Assembly: GCA_030390025.1 (NCBI GenBank) | Contig: CM059432.1 | Location: 9,052,001 to 9,116,000 of the forward strand | Direction: 5' to 3' | DNA: 64,000 bases | DNA from: Squalus acanthias | Taxonomy: Eukaryota | Part shown: positions 12,168-24,879 of the stretch, piece after piece | How positions within the stretch are numbered: position 1 is the first letter of the stretch | How the letters are laid out: each line of letters begins with the position of its first letter | Translations under genes and position numbers: made by a program | The notes under the pieces: model-generated | The model's input: only the letters and a program-made list of their open reading frames with translations | What the model was told of the DNA's origin: nothing | The model's database searches: none

Positions 12168-13215
12168 CTACTTTTTGCCCTTCGAGGGTGATCTCCTTCC
12201 CTTGCGTACTTCCCCCCTTCTAACCCTACTGCTCCTCCGTAATGGGACCTCAGTGGCTGCAGCAAGGCTGGTGGAAGGCTGCTGCTTGTCAGACCCTGAC
12301 ACTGCAGATGCCCCTGAAGGACGGCCTCGACCACTTCTGGGCCTGGAGGGCCCGGCTGCAGACTGCACCAACTCTGCATGGGCGGCAGCAGTCTGTCCTA
12401 CAGGCGGTGGCAAGTGCAGTGGAGAAGTGACAGTGTTGGCAGCAGGAATGCTGTCATCGTGAGAGAGGACAGCAACTCCCTGCTCGCCCGACACACTGGC
12501 ACTCCCACGGGGCAGCACTTCAGCATCCGGAGCAATTTGCCGGAGAACAGATTGCTGGCCTGCTGCGGCGCGGTGACAGCCCCGGGGACATGTGCACGAA
12601 CCATCGAGGATGGCAGCAGTCAGTGCTCGCGTGGCCTCAATCTGAGTCTGCATGAGAGCAGTCTCAGATGGGTTCCTGGCAGCCAGTGACTGAATTGCAG
12701 CAGTAAGCTTTAGTGTGGCATCCGCCTGTGCTACAGCGAAGTGCTCCACACTCCTTGCCAGTGCCTCAATGCATTCGGGCACCCTTCTCACTGCACCCAT
12801 GAGCTCAGTGTGCATGCCCACCGCCTGGCTGTTCATTTCTGCAATCAGCCGCTCCTCCTCTGCGTCCATTGCATTAGGAGTGTCTGGCATACTCTCCCTT
12901 CTTCCCTCCCCCCCCCATGGCGTGGCTGCAGCCCGCTGGGTCCTGGAACTTCACCATCATCAGCCCCTTCCCCCCTGCTCCCCCGTTCTTCCCTCCCCCC
13001 CCAATGGCGTTGCTGCAGCCCGCTGGGTCCTGGAACTTCACCATCATCAGCCCCTTCCCCCCTGCTCCCCTCCGGGGAAGGCGTGTTCCCAGTGTGGCCA
13101 TGGGCTTCCTCGTGAGAGGGTGGCACTGATGCTCCGGCTTCCTCTTCCTCCTCAGCTGCAGCATCACTCCCAGTGGCAGCTTCAGGGACCATCTCCTCAG
13201 CTGGTGAATCACCAT
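12168..13215 (-). CDS. Myb/SANT-like protein, exon 3, with an apparent 1-nt frameshift near 12908-12916
   Basis: TTTCAG acceptor puts it in frame with ORF 12845-13192; the C-terminal part is ORF 12168-12890 in another frame; a G9 run lies at the junction. Confidence 0.65.
12901..13070. repeat. 87-bp in-frame tandem duplication in Myb exon 3
   Basis: Unit starts at 12901 and 12988; SRGEGADDGEVPGPSGLQ occurs twice. Confidence 0.9.
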
Positions 13216-13374
13216 CTGAAAGCAGGGAGGTACAAGAGTGGCTTTAGCGTGAGGACAGGGTGGCAGTAAGGGAGGAATAAGTGCAGCGAGTTAGCAAGTT
13301 GGATTGAAAGTGTCAAAGGCTGGTATTGTGAGGGACAAGTGGAAGGACAGAGGACAAAAAGGTGATGACCTTAC

Positions 13375-13537
13375 CATTGCTGTCCACAACGGGGTCGGCG
13401 TCTCCAGTGGCGACGGGACCGATCACCCGGCTTGCCACAATCCTGTGGACGCGCTCCTCCAGATCGCTGAGGGGTTGCAGCTGAAGCCGCCCTCCACCCG
13501 TCCGTTGCTGCTGTCTCCGATTATGAGCCAGCTTAGC
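13375..13537 (-). CDS. Myb/SANT-like protein, exon 2
   Basis: Pyrimidine-rich CAG acceptor; AKLAHNRRQQQRTGGG...LSDLEERV; GTAAG donor, phase 1. Confidence 0.82.
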
Positions 13538-13564
13538 CTGCAAGAAAAAGGACAGCATCTGAGT

Positions 13565-13673
13565 CAATATACAGCCATGGTCTTGCCTGATGTGCCTCCC
13601 ATAGGTGAATAGCCCTTACAATATGCAGCCATGGTCTTGCCTGATGTGCCTCCCATAGGTGAATAGCCCTTAC
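13565..13673. repeat. 54-bp tandem duplication in Myb intron 1
   Basis: CAATATRCAGCCATGG...GCCCTTA at 13565 and 13619. Confidence 0.9.
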
Positions 13674-13821
13674 TGTATGCAAAGTGTGGAATGTGTGTGT
13701 GTGTTTGATGAAAGGGCCATAGGTGTTGCATGAGTGTTGTGCATTGGGGTTTTAAGACCCTCTGGCCATAGAGTGAGGTTGAGATGGAGGGATGGAGAGG
13801 TATTGAGAAAAAGCCACTCAC

Positions 13822-14058
13822 CCTGACGACCCGAGTGAGGTCGTTGAACTTTTTGCGGCACTGGACATGGGTCCTGGGCACCATGCTCCTGGAGGAGACG
13901 CTCTGAGCCACCTCCCTCCACACTCTTCTGAACTCGCGTGGCAAAGGCCTCCTGCCACTCTCCGGGAACAGCATGCATCGTCTGCGCTCCACTGCGTCAA
14001 CCAGAGCATCCAAGGCCCGCTCGGTGAAGCGATGAGCGCGTTCTCTCACCCTCTCCAT
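13822..14058 (-). CDS. Harbinger Myb/SANT-like DNA-binding protein, exon 1
   Basis: MERVRERAHRFTERALDALV...WREVAQSVS...QCRKKFNDLTRVVR then GTGAGT donor; 79 codons, phase 0. Confidence 0.88.
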
Positions 14059-14415
14059 GCTTGGCAGCAAAATGGATTACAGGTCTCTCCAGGCTGAGAT
14101 TCAAGGCTGCAATGAGCAGGGTGTGGCTGGGGAGCAAGTGGCCCCCCCCGCTTTAAGAAGTGTCCGGCGCCAGTGTGTCTGTGTTCCCTCGCTAACTGGC
14201 AGCAGCTGTGCTGCGCTCGTGCGCTGAGGTAGCGCCTCACTCCTAGGCCTTTGCGCCTTAAGAGAGGTGTGCAGCGCCTAATTTAGCGCTCCACTCACCT
14301 CCCGGGGCGGTAAAAGTGAAGTTTCCTGTCAGTGCCGATAATTAGCGCCAGGCGCTAATATTTGCGCGCGGACGATATTTGCGCCCCAAATGGGGCGCGA
14401 CCTAATTTCTACCCC

Positions 14416-15390
14416 ATAGAATCATAGAAATTTAAGGCGCTGAAGGAGGCTATTCGGCCCATCAAGTCTGTGCCGGCTGAAAAAGTGCTATCCGGCCTAA
14501 TCCCACTTTCCAGCTCTTGGTCTGTAGCCTGCAGGTTACAGCACTTCAAGGGCATATCAAAGTACTTTTTAAATGCGATGAGGATTTCTGCCTCTACCAT
14601 CCTTTCAGGCAGTGAGTTCTCAACCCCCACCACCCTCTGGGTGAAAACATTTCTCCTCAACTCCCCTCTAATCCTTCTACCAATTACTTTAAATCTAAGC
14701 CCCCTGGTTATTGACCTCGCTGCGAAGGGAAACAGGTCATAGAACAGTACAGCACAGTACAGGCCCTTCGGCCCTCGATGTTGTGCCGAGCATTGTCCGA
14801 GACCAAGATCAAGCTATCACACTCCCTATCACTCTGGTGTGCTCCATGTGCTTATCCAATAACCGCTTGAAAGTTCCTAAAGTGTCCGACTCCACTATCA
14901 CAGCAGGCAGTCCATTCCACACCCCAACCACTCTCTGAGTAAAGAATCTACCTCGGACATCCCTTCTATATCTCCCCCCATGCACCTTATAGTTATGCCC
15001 CCTTGTAACAGCTGCCTCTACCCGAGGAAATAGTCTCTGAACATCCACTCTATCTATCCCCCTCATCATCTATAAACCTCTATTAAGTCGCCTCTCATCC
15101 TCCTCCGGTCTAAAGAGAAAAGCCCCAACTCCCTCAATCTTTCCTCATAAGACCTCCCCCCCAAACCAGGCAGCATCCTGGTAAATCTCCTTTGCACTCT
15201 TTCCAATGCTTCCACGTCCTTCCTATAGTGAGGTGACCAGAACTGCACACAATATTCCAAATGTGGTCCTTCCTAGCCACTCTATCTAGGCCCCTCATAA
15301 TTTTATTCGCCTCATCTCAGTCTCCCCTCAGCCTCCTCTGTTCCAAAAGAAAGCAACCCCAGCCTGTCCAATCTTTCCTCGTAGCTAGTG
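14416..15390 (-). mobile_element. Nested CR1 3' fragments (second copy ~14738-15270)
   Basis: [40 protein letters not shown]-type tails. Confidence 0.85.
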
Positions 15391-15984
15391 CTCCTAAATA
15401 AGGTCTATGCGTCTGCAAGGAAGTGGAATCTGATGGCAGTAGGTCCCTAACGCCATCAGATCTATGGAGGTCCACACCTATGGAGGGTGGCACCAACTCC
15501 AGAGTCACTGTGCTTTTGCGGCTGATGGCGTTCCATCAAAGCCAAAGTGCCTAAAGTGTCTCCTTGCTCAATAGATGGGCACCTCCTGCCATTCTACCAA
15601 TAGAACGCTGGTTTGCTCTCATTAAGAAAGAAGGGAATGCCACGAATAAAAGTGAGCAGAAAAAAGTGATCAAGTAAAACAGCTGTAAAAATAATTTAAA
15701 GCTGCGTGATACCACAATTTGTTAATGGTTCATTTCCCCCAATTCGCCCTCCTCCTTTTCTCTCCCCCCGCTCTCTTCGAAGGCACAGATTCATGCTCGG
15801 CTACAGTTCCACAGCCACTGCAGACCTACAGTACCCCGCCCGAGGGGCTATTCTTCGTGAATCACAAAACTCCTTGTTCTTGCAATTTTGATCACGGGTC
15901 GTTATATTAAAAAAAGGTCTTCCCAATTTTTCATTGAAAGAGGAAGTTGAGGCCTTTCAGGTTTAGATGCGTTTGTTCCCTTAA

Positions 15985-16645
15985 GAAAAAGAAAAAGAAA
16001 GACTCGCATTTCTACAGCACCTTTCATGACCTCAGGACGTCCCAAAGCGCTTTACAGCCAATGAAGTACTTTTTGAAGTGTAGTCACTGTTGTAATGTAG
16101 GAAACGCGGCAGCCAATTTGTGCACAGCAAACTCCCACAAACAGCATTGTGGGTAATGACCAGATAATCTGTTGATTGAGGGATAAATATTGGCCAGGAC
16201 ACTGGGGAGAACTCACCTGCTCTACTTTGAAATAGTGCCATGGGATCTTTCACATCCACCTGAGAGAGCAGAGGGGGTCTCGGTTTAACGTCTCATCCGA
16301 AAGACGGCACCTCCGACAGTGCAGCACTCCCTCAGCACTGGGAGTGTCAGCCTAGATTTATGTGCTCAAGTCTCTGGAGTGGCACATGAACACTAACTGA
16401 TTGGCAGGCTGGGGGTCTGGACCACGGTTGTGATGTTTAGCTGCGAGGATGGAACTGCGCTTTAACTTGTCTCTTTCGAAGCCACTGCCAAACGACGGCA
16501 CCTCCGACAGCGCAGCGCTCCCTCAGTACTGGGCACTGGAGCGTCAGCCTGGAATTTTTGAGCTCGAGCCTCTGCGGGGGTGGGACTGAGAGCCCACAAC
16601 CTTCTGACTCAGAGGTGAGAAGTGCTGTCCACTGAACCACGGCTG
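15985..16645 (-). mobile_element. Deu-domain SINE (SacSINE1-like) plus a second head fragment
   Basis: Reverse complement of the Deu core GCTGCACTGTCGGAGGTGCCGTCTTTCGGATGAGACGTTAAACCGAG. Confidence 0.8.
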
Positions 16646-16799
16646 AGACGGAGACCTGATGGCACACCCTCAAACAAAAACTAGTCTGACGGCGAGGTCC
16701 TTTCAACTCTTGGTGGCCAGCTTGAAATTCTCTGCAATAACAACAGAAAACGCTGGAAAAACTCAGCAGGCCAGGCAGCATCCGTGGAGAGAGAAACAG

Positions 16800-16838
16800 A
16801 GTTAACGTTTCAGGTCGAAGACCTTTCGTCAGAACTGG
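16800..16838 (-). ncRNA. Minimal hammerhead ribozyme in a Penelope-type terminal repeat
   Basis: ccagtt-CTGACGA-aAGGTCttcGACCT-GAAA-CGTT-aact: intact core, stem II hairpin, palindromic ACGT stem III. Confidence 0.75.
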
Positions 16839-17699
16839 AAAAAAGCAGGAAATGAAATAGATTTAAAGCAAGGATAAAGCTGGGAAAAGGGGGAGGGGAT
16901 GAAAGAACAAAAGGAGAGATCAAGAGACACTGAGAGACGTTAAGAGATAATCAAGGCAAGAGGAGGTGTTAATGTGACAGGTAGAGGCTAGATGAAGTGT
17001 GAAATGCACTGGCAGAATGAAGGACAGCTGCCAGCTTCTGGGAGGGGAGAAAAAAAGGGGGGGGGCAAACAAAAGGGTGGATGAAAAAATAAAATAATGA
17101 AAATGAAATTCTCTGGCATCTGCTGGTAGATTTTCTTCGCCTAACACAAGAGGAAGTGCACCAATGTTCTCTAGGGATGCTCGCAAAGAGGAATCGGCAC
17201 TGCGCCTTATGAATACAGAACGAACACAGGCACCTGGCCTGGACAAATCAGTAAATGCACATCCCTACCTGTCCACTGGGAGATCAGCTGTTGCTTCAGT
17301 GATAGCTGTTTCATTTTATGTTTTCCTTCTAACATTCTGGGAATTTCCATTGGGATTCACAGATGTATTTGGAGGCTTTAACAAAGGGTTAATGTCTTCA
17401 GGGAGGATGCGAGTTGCTGAAGCATGTTTACTGTGAAAATACTGAGCTGTTGTGGTGCTTCTTTCTTTAACAAAAAAAGACACGGAACAGTTTGTGATGG
17501 GAAGCTAAATTTTTAATGCTGTATTTAAAATCGTAACACTTCATCCGTTGTGCCATTTATAAAACATAAATATTTATCTGCCTTAAAAATGAGAACTGGT
17601 TTTCAGGAGCTTGTAGGTTTAGCTCTGAAATCTCAAAAAATTATAAATTATGGCATCAAGCAAGTTTAAGTTATACATCATCCCCTTTGTCTCTTAATC

Positions 17700-18225
17700 T
17701 CTCCAGGTCAGGCAGCATCCGTGGAGAGAGAAACAGAGTTAACGTTTCAGGTCTGGGACCCTTCATCAGAACTGGAAAAAGTTAGAGATGGAACAGGTTT
17801 TAAGCAGGTGCAGAGGCAGGAAATGGGGGGGAGGGGAGGAAGGAACTAAAGGGACGGTTATTGCTAGGGTGGAAGGCAAGAGCGATTAAATGTTGCAAAT
17901 GGGGATGGCAGAATCATCAACAGCTTCCGCCTAAAAAAATGGGGGCAGGGGTTATAGTCTGAAATTGTTGAACACAATGTTGAATCCAGAAGGCTGTAAA
18001 GTGCCTAATAGAAAGATGAGGTGCTGTTCCTTGAGCTTACGTTAAGCTTCATTGGAACAGTGTAAGACTGGGAGAATGGAATAAATTCCTTACAGGAAGC
18101 GGGCTGGGAGGAAGTGTAGTCGAGGTAGCTGTGGGAGTCAGTGGGCTTGTAGTGGATGTTTGTCGATAGCCTATCGCCAGAAATGGAGACAGAGAAGTCA
18201 AGGAAGGGAAGGGAAGAGTCCCCTC
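17700..18225 (-). mobile_element. Penelope-like element fragment with hammerhead at 17737-17775
   Basis: RT-thumb LPFLDFSVSISGDRLSTNIHYKPTDSHSYL; C-terminus RKLKEQHLIFLLGTLQPSGFNIVF; CTGATGA...GAAACGTT. Confidence 0.8.
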
Positions 18226-18259
18226 ATAAATTTTGAACACCTCTATGAAATCTCTCGTT

Positions 18260-18590
18260 AACCTACAACCCTCCAAGATCTCTGCGCTCTGCCAATTCTG
18301 CCCTCTTGCGCATCCCCAGTTTTATTTCTCCACCATTGGCGGCCATGCCTTTAGCTGCCTGGGCCCTAAGCTCTGGAATTCCCTGCCTAAACCTCTCCGC
18401 CTCTCTACCTCTCTTTCCTCCTTGAGTCGCTCCTTAAAACCTACCTCTTTGGCCAAGCTTTTGGTCACCTGCTCCAATATCTCCTTATGTGGCTCGGTGT
18501 CAAACTGTGTTTGATAACGCTGTTGTGAAGCGCCTTGGGACGTTTTACTACATTAAAGGCGCTATATAAATGCAAGTTGTTATCGTTATT
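18260..18590 (+). mobile_element. L2 3' fragment
   Basis: GGHAFSCLGPKLWNSLP and L2 tail. Confidence 0.8.
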
Positions 18591-19489
18591 GTCTAAAGAT
18601 TTTATTCATGCATACAGTCACTGTGTCCTTCCATTTTCATTTCTACATCAATACATTTGATGCTGTTGTTTGGTATCCTTTCTTTTAAGGAGGGGATTGG
18701 TACAGATCTGAGTCAGGAAGGAATGCGATCAATAGGAAAAAAAATGCTATAAAGCTGAAAGAAAAATCGAAAATGCTGAAAAGCACAGCAGAACTGTGTC
18801 GGAAAGAAAAAGATAGGTTAGCATTTGGATGTGATTGTTTGACAAGCCTGGCATCAGTTCAGATGACTCAGATGATTCAAAAATACTCAGTGAGAATGGC
18901 GGTTAAAAACCTCTACTTACCCATAGTGCAAATTAAAAAGTGCAAAGAACATCTTAATACCACATACAGCAGCTCAAATGTTGTTATTTCTGTCCAGTTT
19001 CAAACCCATAAATCCACGCCAATGCTACATCAGAAACATTAACAGAAATGAGACTGAGAGGCAACCGAGCACACCTGCGGAAGAACAGAAAGAGAGAAAA
19101 TCACGAACAAAGCAATGGACTTCCAGAGATAGGCAGATAGACCAGACAGAAAGGAACAGTGAAAGACCGGGTTACATGGTGGACAGTAAGAGGAAACAGA
19201 CTTCAGCAGGAAAGTAAGAAAAGAATGGAAACTGTTCATTCAACCCATCTAACTTGCTTCATTGCTCAGATCCACTACAGGGCCCCCTCAGAACATCTTC
19301 ACGTCTCTCTTCCAAGACAACAAACCTATGTTCCCTATCGGGTCAGGCTAGGAACATAGCAACAGGAGGAGGCCATTCAGCCCCTCGAGCCTGTTCCGCT
19401 ATTCAATTAGATCATTGCTGATCTGTATCTTAACTCCATTTACTCGCCTGAGTTCCATAACCTTAATACCCTTGCCTGTAAAAAACTAT

Positions 19490-20372
19490 GGGGGAAAAAT
19501 TCAGTTGGTTGCGCCTCCCGTTAGCGCCTTAAGAGGGCGCAAAGCAACCAGCGCCCGGGCGTGGCGATGTTTGCGCCGCTCGCGAAATTAACTCGACATT
19601 TTGCGGCAGCGCTAAACACTACCGCCACGATCTCCTGCGCCGGCAGATCGTGACGTCAGTCGAGTGCGCAACACCCCGGTAGCGCCCCGGAGTGGATATT
19701 GAGTGGCGCCCCCTGCCTTACCGCCTGCCGCTAGCAACGACAGGTTTAGGGGAGCGTTTTGCAGTCAGGAAGGGACTGGGGGAGCGCTATTTAAAGGCGA
19801 CCGCTTCCTGCCTTTTTTTGTTGGTGACATTTTTGAACCACGCATTCTGAGAGAGAGAGAGAGAGAGACTTCTGGAGAGAGTCAACGCTGTGTGAAGGAG
19901 TTTTGGGTACTGAGCAGCACTTTGCAGGTTCATTTTGATTTGCCCTTCCTTGTATCGATTTAGAAGAGACTGTGGGGGTTGCACTCTGTGCTCTTTCCCT
20001 GGTACTCTCCATTGTTCTTTCCAGCAGATTTGATGTACAGGTCTCTCCAGGCCGAGATTCAAGGCTGCAATGAGCAGGATATGGATGGAAAGCAAGATTA
20101 ACCCTCCCTTTAAGAACTGGCCGGCGCCATTGTGTTTGTGTTCCATTGCTGACTGACATCACATGAGCTTCGCCAGCGCTCTGAGTTAGCGCCTCGCTCC
20201 TCGGCCTTTGCGCCTTAAGACAGATGTGTAGCGCCTGATTTAGCGCTCCAATCACCTCCAGGGGCGATAAAAGTCAAGTTTGCAGTCAGAGGCGATAATT
20301 AGCGCCAGGCGCTAATCTTTGCGCCCGGCCGATAATTGCGCCCCAAACGGAGCGATACCGAATTTTTCCCCC
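19490..20372 (+). mobile_element. Harbinger-derived MITE, copy 2
   Basis: TIRs GGGGGAAAAATTC / GAATTTTTCCCCC; TAT TSD; highly similar to copies 1 and 3. Confidence 0.93.
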
Positions 20373-20464
20373 TATAAATTTAAGTTTTGAAACGTTCAAT
20401 TTCTTTTCAAAGGATCTTTTTTCTCTTGTTGATCGGCGCTAGCATTCACAGGCACAATGGTTAC

Positions 20465-20955
20465 AGCTGCAGATGAAACAAAAGCTGATGAAGATAGTAG
20501 ACTCCGAAGCTGAACAGGATAGGCTACAGGAGGATTTGAATGCACTTGGACAGACAGGTGGCAGATGAAATTAAATTTAGAGAAATGCAAAGTGCTTCAC
20601 ACAGGGACAAAAAAAATCCAGGAAGGGACTATTAATTAAATGGAAAGAAAATAATGTGCACGGAAAATGAAAGAGATCCTGGGTTACTGATTGGCAATAA
20701 GCTGAAGCTGTCGCAACAACGCTCGGCGACAGTGAGTAAAGCAAATCAGACGCTGGGATGTATTAAAAGGTCAATAGTGAGCCGAAATAGTGAGGTAATC
20801 CTACCTACCACTTTATAAATCATTGGTGCGACCGCACTTAGAACACCGTGCACAGTTCTGGTCACTGCAGCACAAAAAGAATATTGCAGCTACTGAAAGG
20901 ATACAGAACAGAGAGCGACCAGAATGATCGAGGGGATGAAGGGATTGGATTATGA
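20465..20955 (+). mobile_element. Old CR1 RT C-terminal fragment
   Basis: ADETK (decayed FADDTK), LQEDL, WQMK...KCKVLH, LVRPHLE remnants. Confidence 0.7.
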
Positions 20956-20959
20956 TTAG

Positions 20960-21450
20960 GAGTCAGTCATGGCACAGTGGGCAGTATTCTCATATATGAG
21001 TCAGAAGGTCGTGGGTTCAAGTCCCACTTCCAAAGACTTGAGCAGAAAATCTAGGCTGACACTCCATGGGAGTGCTGCACTGTCGGAGGTGCCGTCTTTC
21101 GGATGAGACGTTAAACCGAGTCCCCGTCTGCTCTCTCAGGTGGACGTTAAAGATCCCAGGGCACTATTTCGAAGAAGAGCAGGGGGGAGTTCTCCCCGGT
21201 GTCCTGGCCAATATTTATCCCTCAATCAACATCACTAAAAACAGATTATCTGGTCATTATCACATTGCTGTTTGTGGGAGCTTGCTGTGCGCAATTTGGC
21301 TGCTGCGTTTCCTACATTACAACAGTGACTACACTTCATTGGCTGTGAAGCGCTGGTGGTCATGAAAGGTGCTTTATAAATGCAAGTCTTTCTTTCTTTC
21401 ATTGGCTGTAAAGTGCTTTGGGACATCCTGAGGTTGTGAAAGACGCTAGA
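20960..21450 (+). mobile_element. Deu-domain SINE with tRNA-like head
   Basis: B-box GGTTCAAGTCCC, Deu core, tail. Confidence 0.85.
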
Positions 21451-21944
21451 TTTAATTATTCTTTATTTAAACAAGTTGACCCTGCGATTTATGGTGGGGT
21501 CCGCACTACGCAATCAATTGGCCAAAACGCCCTTGGGGCACAAGACTGGAGTAAATGGCCCTATGGATTTTCTGGGCTCATATTCACTGCCTGCCATATT
21601 ATCTGTTTTTGCCACCTATATACATTTATAACTAAATCTTAGAGCTTATATATATCAGGGTTTTATTTGTATGTTAATAAAAATCATTACAATATGCCAA
21701 GTGGGCTAATGTTCCAGGCTGTGTCATGCGTTAGCTGCCATCCTTGAGCAGCAATGATATTGGGCTGCCCTCTATGACCAATTCCGACTCAAAGTGGGGG
21801 AAGCGCAGGACATGAGATTATTTCTTTCATTCTGATAATTGCTTTTCTGCTGATATAAAAATCATTAAAAACCATATTAACTAATGCGTTCCCATAATAA
21901 GGTAGAGAAATAGACTTCAGTTTTCATTTAAAAATACCCTTATT

Positions 21945-23267
21945 TTTTATTCATTCATTCACGGGATGTGGGCGTCGCTGGCCAGGCCAGCATTTATTGC
22001 CCATTCCTAATGGCCCTTGAGAAGGTGGTGGTGAGCCACCTTCTTGAACCGCTGCAGTCCGTGTGGTGAAGGTACTCCCACTGTGCTGTTAGGGAGGGAG
22101 TTCCAGGATTTTGACCCAGCGACGGTGAAGGATCGGCGATATACTTCCAAGTCAGGATGGCGTGCGACTCGGAGGTGGTGGTGTTTCCATGCGCCTGCTG
22201 CCCTTGTCCTTCTAGAGGTCGCGGGTTTGGGAGGTGCTGTCAGTTATTGGCAGGTTTACATTATTACAAATTCTGGACAAAGAACATAAGCACATAAGAA
22301 ATAGGAGCAGGAGTAGGCCATTCTGCCTCTCGAGCCTGCTCCGCCATTCAATAAGATCATGGCTGATCTTCAACCTCAACTCCACTTTCCTGAACTATCC
22401 CCATATCCCTGGATTCACTTAATATCCAAAAATCTATCGATCTCTGTCTTGAATATACTCAATGACTGAGCCTCCACAGCCCTCTGGGGTAAAGAGTTCC
22501 AAAGATTCACAACCCTCTGAGTGAAGAGATTTCTCCTCATCTCAGTCCTAAACAGCCGATCCCTTATTCTGAGACTGTGACCCCTGGTTCTAGACTCCCC
22601 AGCCGGGGAAAACATCCTCCCTGCATCTACCCTGTCAAGCCCTGTAAGAATTTTGTATGTTTCAATGAGATCACCTCTCATTCTTCTAAACTCTAAAGAA
22701 TATAAGCCTAGTCTACTCAATCTCTCCTCATATGACAATCCCCCCATCCCAGGAACTAGTCTGATGAACCTTCATTGCACTCCCTCTATGGCAAGTATAT
22801 CCTTCCTTAGGTAAGGAGATCAAAACTGTACACAATACTCCAGGTGTGGTCTCACCAGGGCCCTATATAATTGCAGTAAGATGTCTTTACTCTTATACTC
22901 AAATCCTCTTGTAATAAAGGCCAACATACCATTTGCTTTCCGAATTGCTTGCTGTACCTGCGTGTTAACTTTCAGTGATTCGTGTACAAGGACACCCAGG
23001 TCCCTCTGAACACCAACATTTCCCAATCTCTCACCATTTAAAAAATACTCTGCTTTTCTATTTTTCCTTCCAAAGTGGATAACTTCACATTTCTCCATAT
23101 TATATTCCATTTACCATGGTCTTGCCCACTCACTTAGCCTGTCTATATCCCCTTGAAGCCTCTTTGCATCCTCCTCACAACTTACATTCCCACCTAGCTT
23201 TGTATCATCTTCAAACTTGGATATATTACATTTGGTCCCCTCATCCAAATCATTGATGTAGATTGTA
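21945..23267 (-). mobile_element. LINE 3' fragment (21945-22237) and 5'-truncated CR1 (22280-23267)
   Basis: [50 protein letters not shown] tail. Confidence 0.88.
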
Positions 23268-24879
23268 TTCACAAACCAGACAAAAGCCATAAAACCAGAC
23301 AAACCCATTCAAAGACTAGATGGTTGGGTCCAAAACTGAATAGGTAGCACCTCTTAAATTAGGTATCAAATTCACCGCACCATCAACTTCAAAGACATCC
23401 TTTACTAATTAGTCTCTGCGCTAAAAATAATTTCTGTGCAATGCATTCGTAACATTGAACAATGATTTCCTGTTTGTTGTTATCTGCTGCTAAAAATATA
23501 ATGGAATGCATTATTCTCGCAGTTCGGTTCCACACAGTTGACTACAAGTTATCCAGCACAGGCATGACGGGCCAAATGGCCTCCTTCTACGCTGTATCAT
23601 TCTGTGATCCTGAGTGGGTGTCTCCCGCTGTGGAAGGGTTTGAGCATGACAGAGGAGCAATATCATGGGCTTTCAGTTACTGGACTAGCTGCCTGCCAGC
23701 AATAAAATGCCAAGCGCACGGGCTGATGACTTGAGAACTGTGAAGACACGAGTTTTTATTTCCACAAATGCCGTACTCCCCCCATGAGTGATGTGAGTAG
23801 CTGCTCCGGTGATGTGTGCAGCCGGAGCACATGATAGGAAATATCCGCCGAACAGTTCAGGACGACAACGCTGAATGCCTGGCTGATAATTGGCAGTTTA
23901 AGGGTAAGCACCCGCAATTCATTTCTGTGACATATATCTATGCCATCCCAAGGCAAGCCTGTGCCAATAGATCTCCTTCTGACAGAAAGATGAAACTGTT
24001 ATGCTGATAAATGAATTTTAGGAATGTCTCGAGCGTTTTTATTTGTTAAAGAGGCAACATTTGGAAACATCGCTTTCCTCGCCAGCAGCCTCCCACAATA
24101 CAGTGCTGCCGAACACGGAATAGAAGTGGTTCCTGATAATGACATGCAGAGTCACCGGTAACTCAAGCCTTTGTGTCCATTATTTCTTAATTATATTTTC
24201 AGCTTCTGTGCGAACGGCACCTTCAAGATAAGGCTGCCTATTTACGAGCCAGACACACAACAAGATTACGCCAGCTTGTATCTTAAAACCTAACGCTCTC
24301 AACCAACAATGAAGTGCTTGATAAGGTGGACCGCAGACAAAGCTGTGCGGCTTTGTGTTAACTTGAGGTGCTCTTGGCTTTCGGCCACCCTTCAAAAAAA
24401 GGGCCGATCACCTGCACTGGCACAACATTCATTCTCGGGTGAGGCCCGCGTAAATGCCACAAACTGCAGGTTTAGAATGAGCACGTTGCCAAAGCTCTCT
24501 GTCATCTGTGCCTGAAGTGCTCCGATAAAAGTTTTTATCCCGACAAACAGTGTTGTAAGTCTGTATGAATAATTAAATCTGAGGCATACAAGAGGGTTAG
24601 TTATTAAACAGAGTGATTAAAGGAGGATTACCGTAACTGACAATGGCAGAAGAATCAAATGGCAGACAACAAGTCAAGTGACTGAACCTACTTCATTGCT
24701 TTTTAATTCATGTGACAATCTGTTAATTATTCATATGCAACAAATTTGTTGATTTGCATGAAGAGGAGAATACAGTTAATCTTCTGAATGAATGTATCCA
24801 CATGACTCAATATCTGACTAAAATACGAGGTTTCAATTCGGCGATGTTCTGCTTCTTCATCGAATCGTAGAAACCGACC

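Larger units (their letters stand above)
10201..14415 (+). mobile_element. Full-length PIF/Harbinger DNA transposon (4215 bp)
   Basis: TIRs GGGGTAAAAATT / AATTTCTACCCC; ATA TSD at 10198-10200 and 14416-14418; convergent transposase and Myb/SANT genes. Confidence 0.95.
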
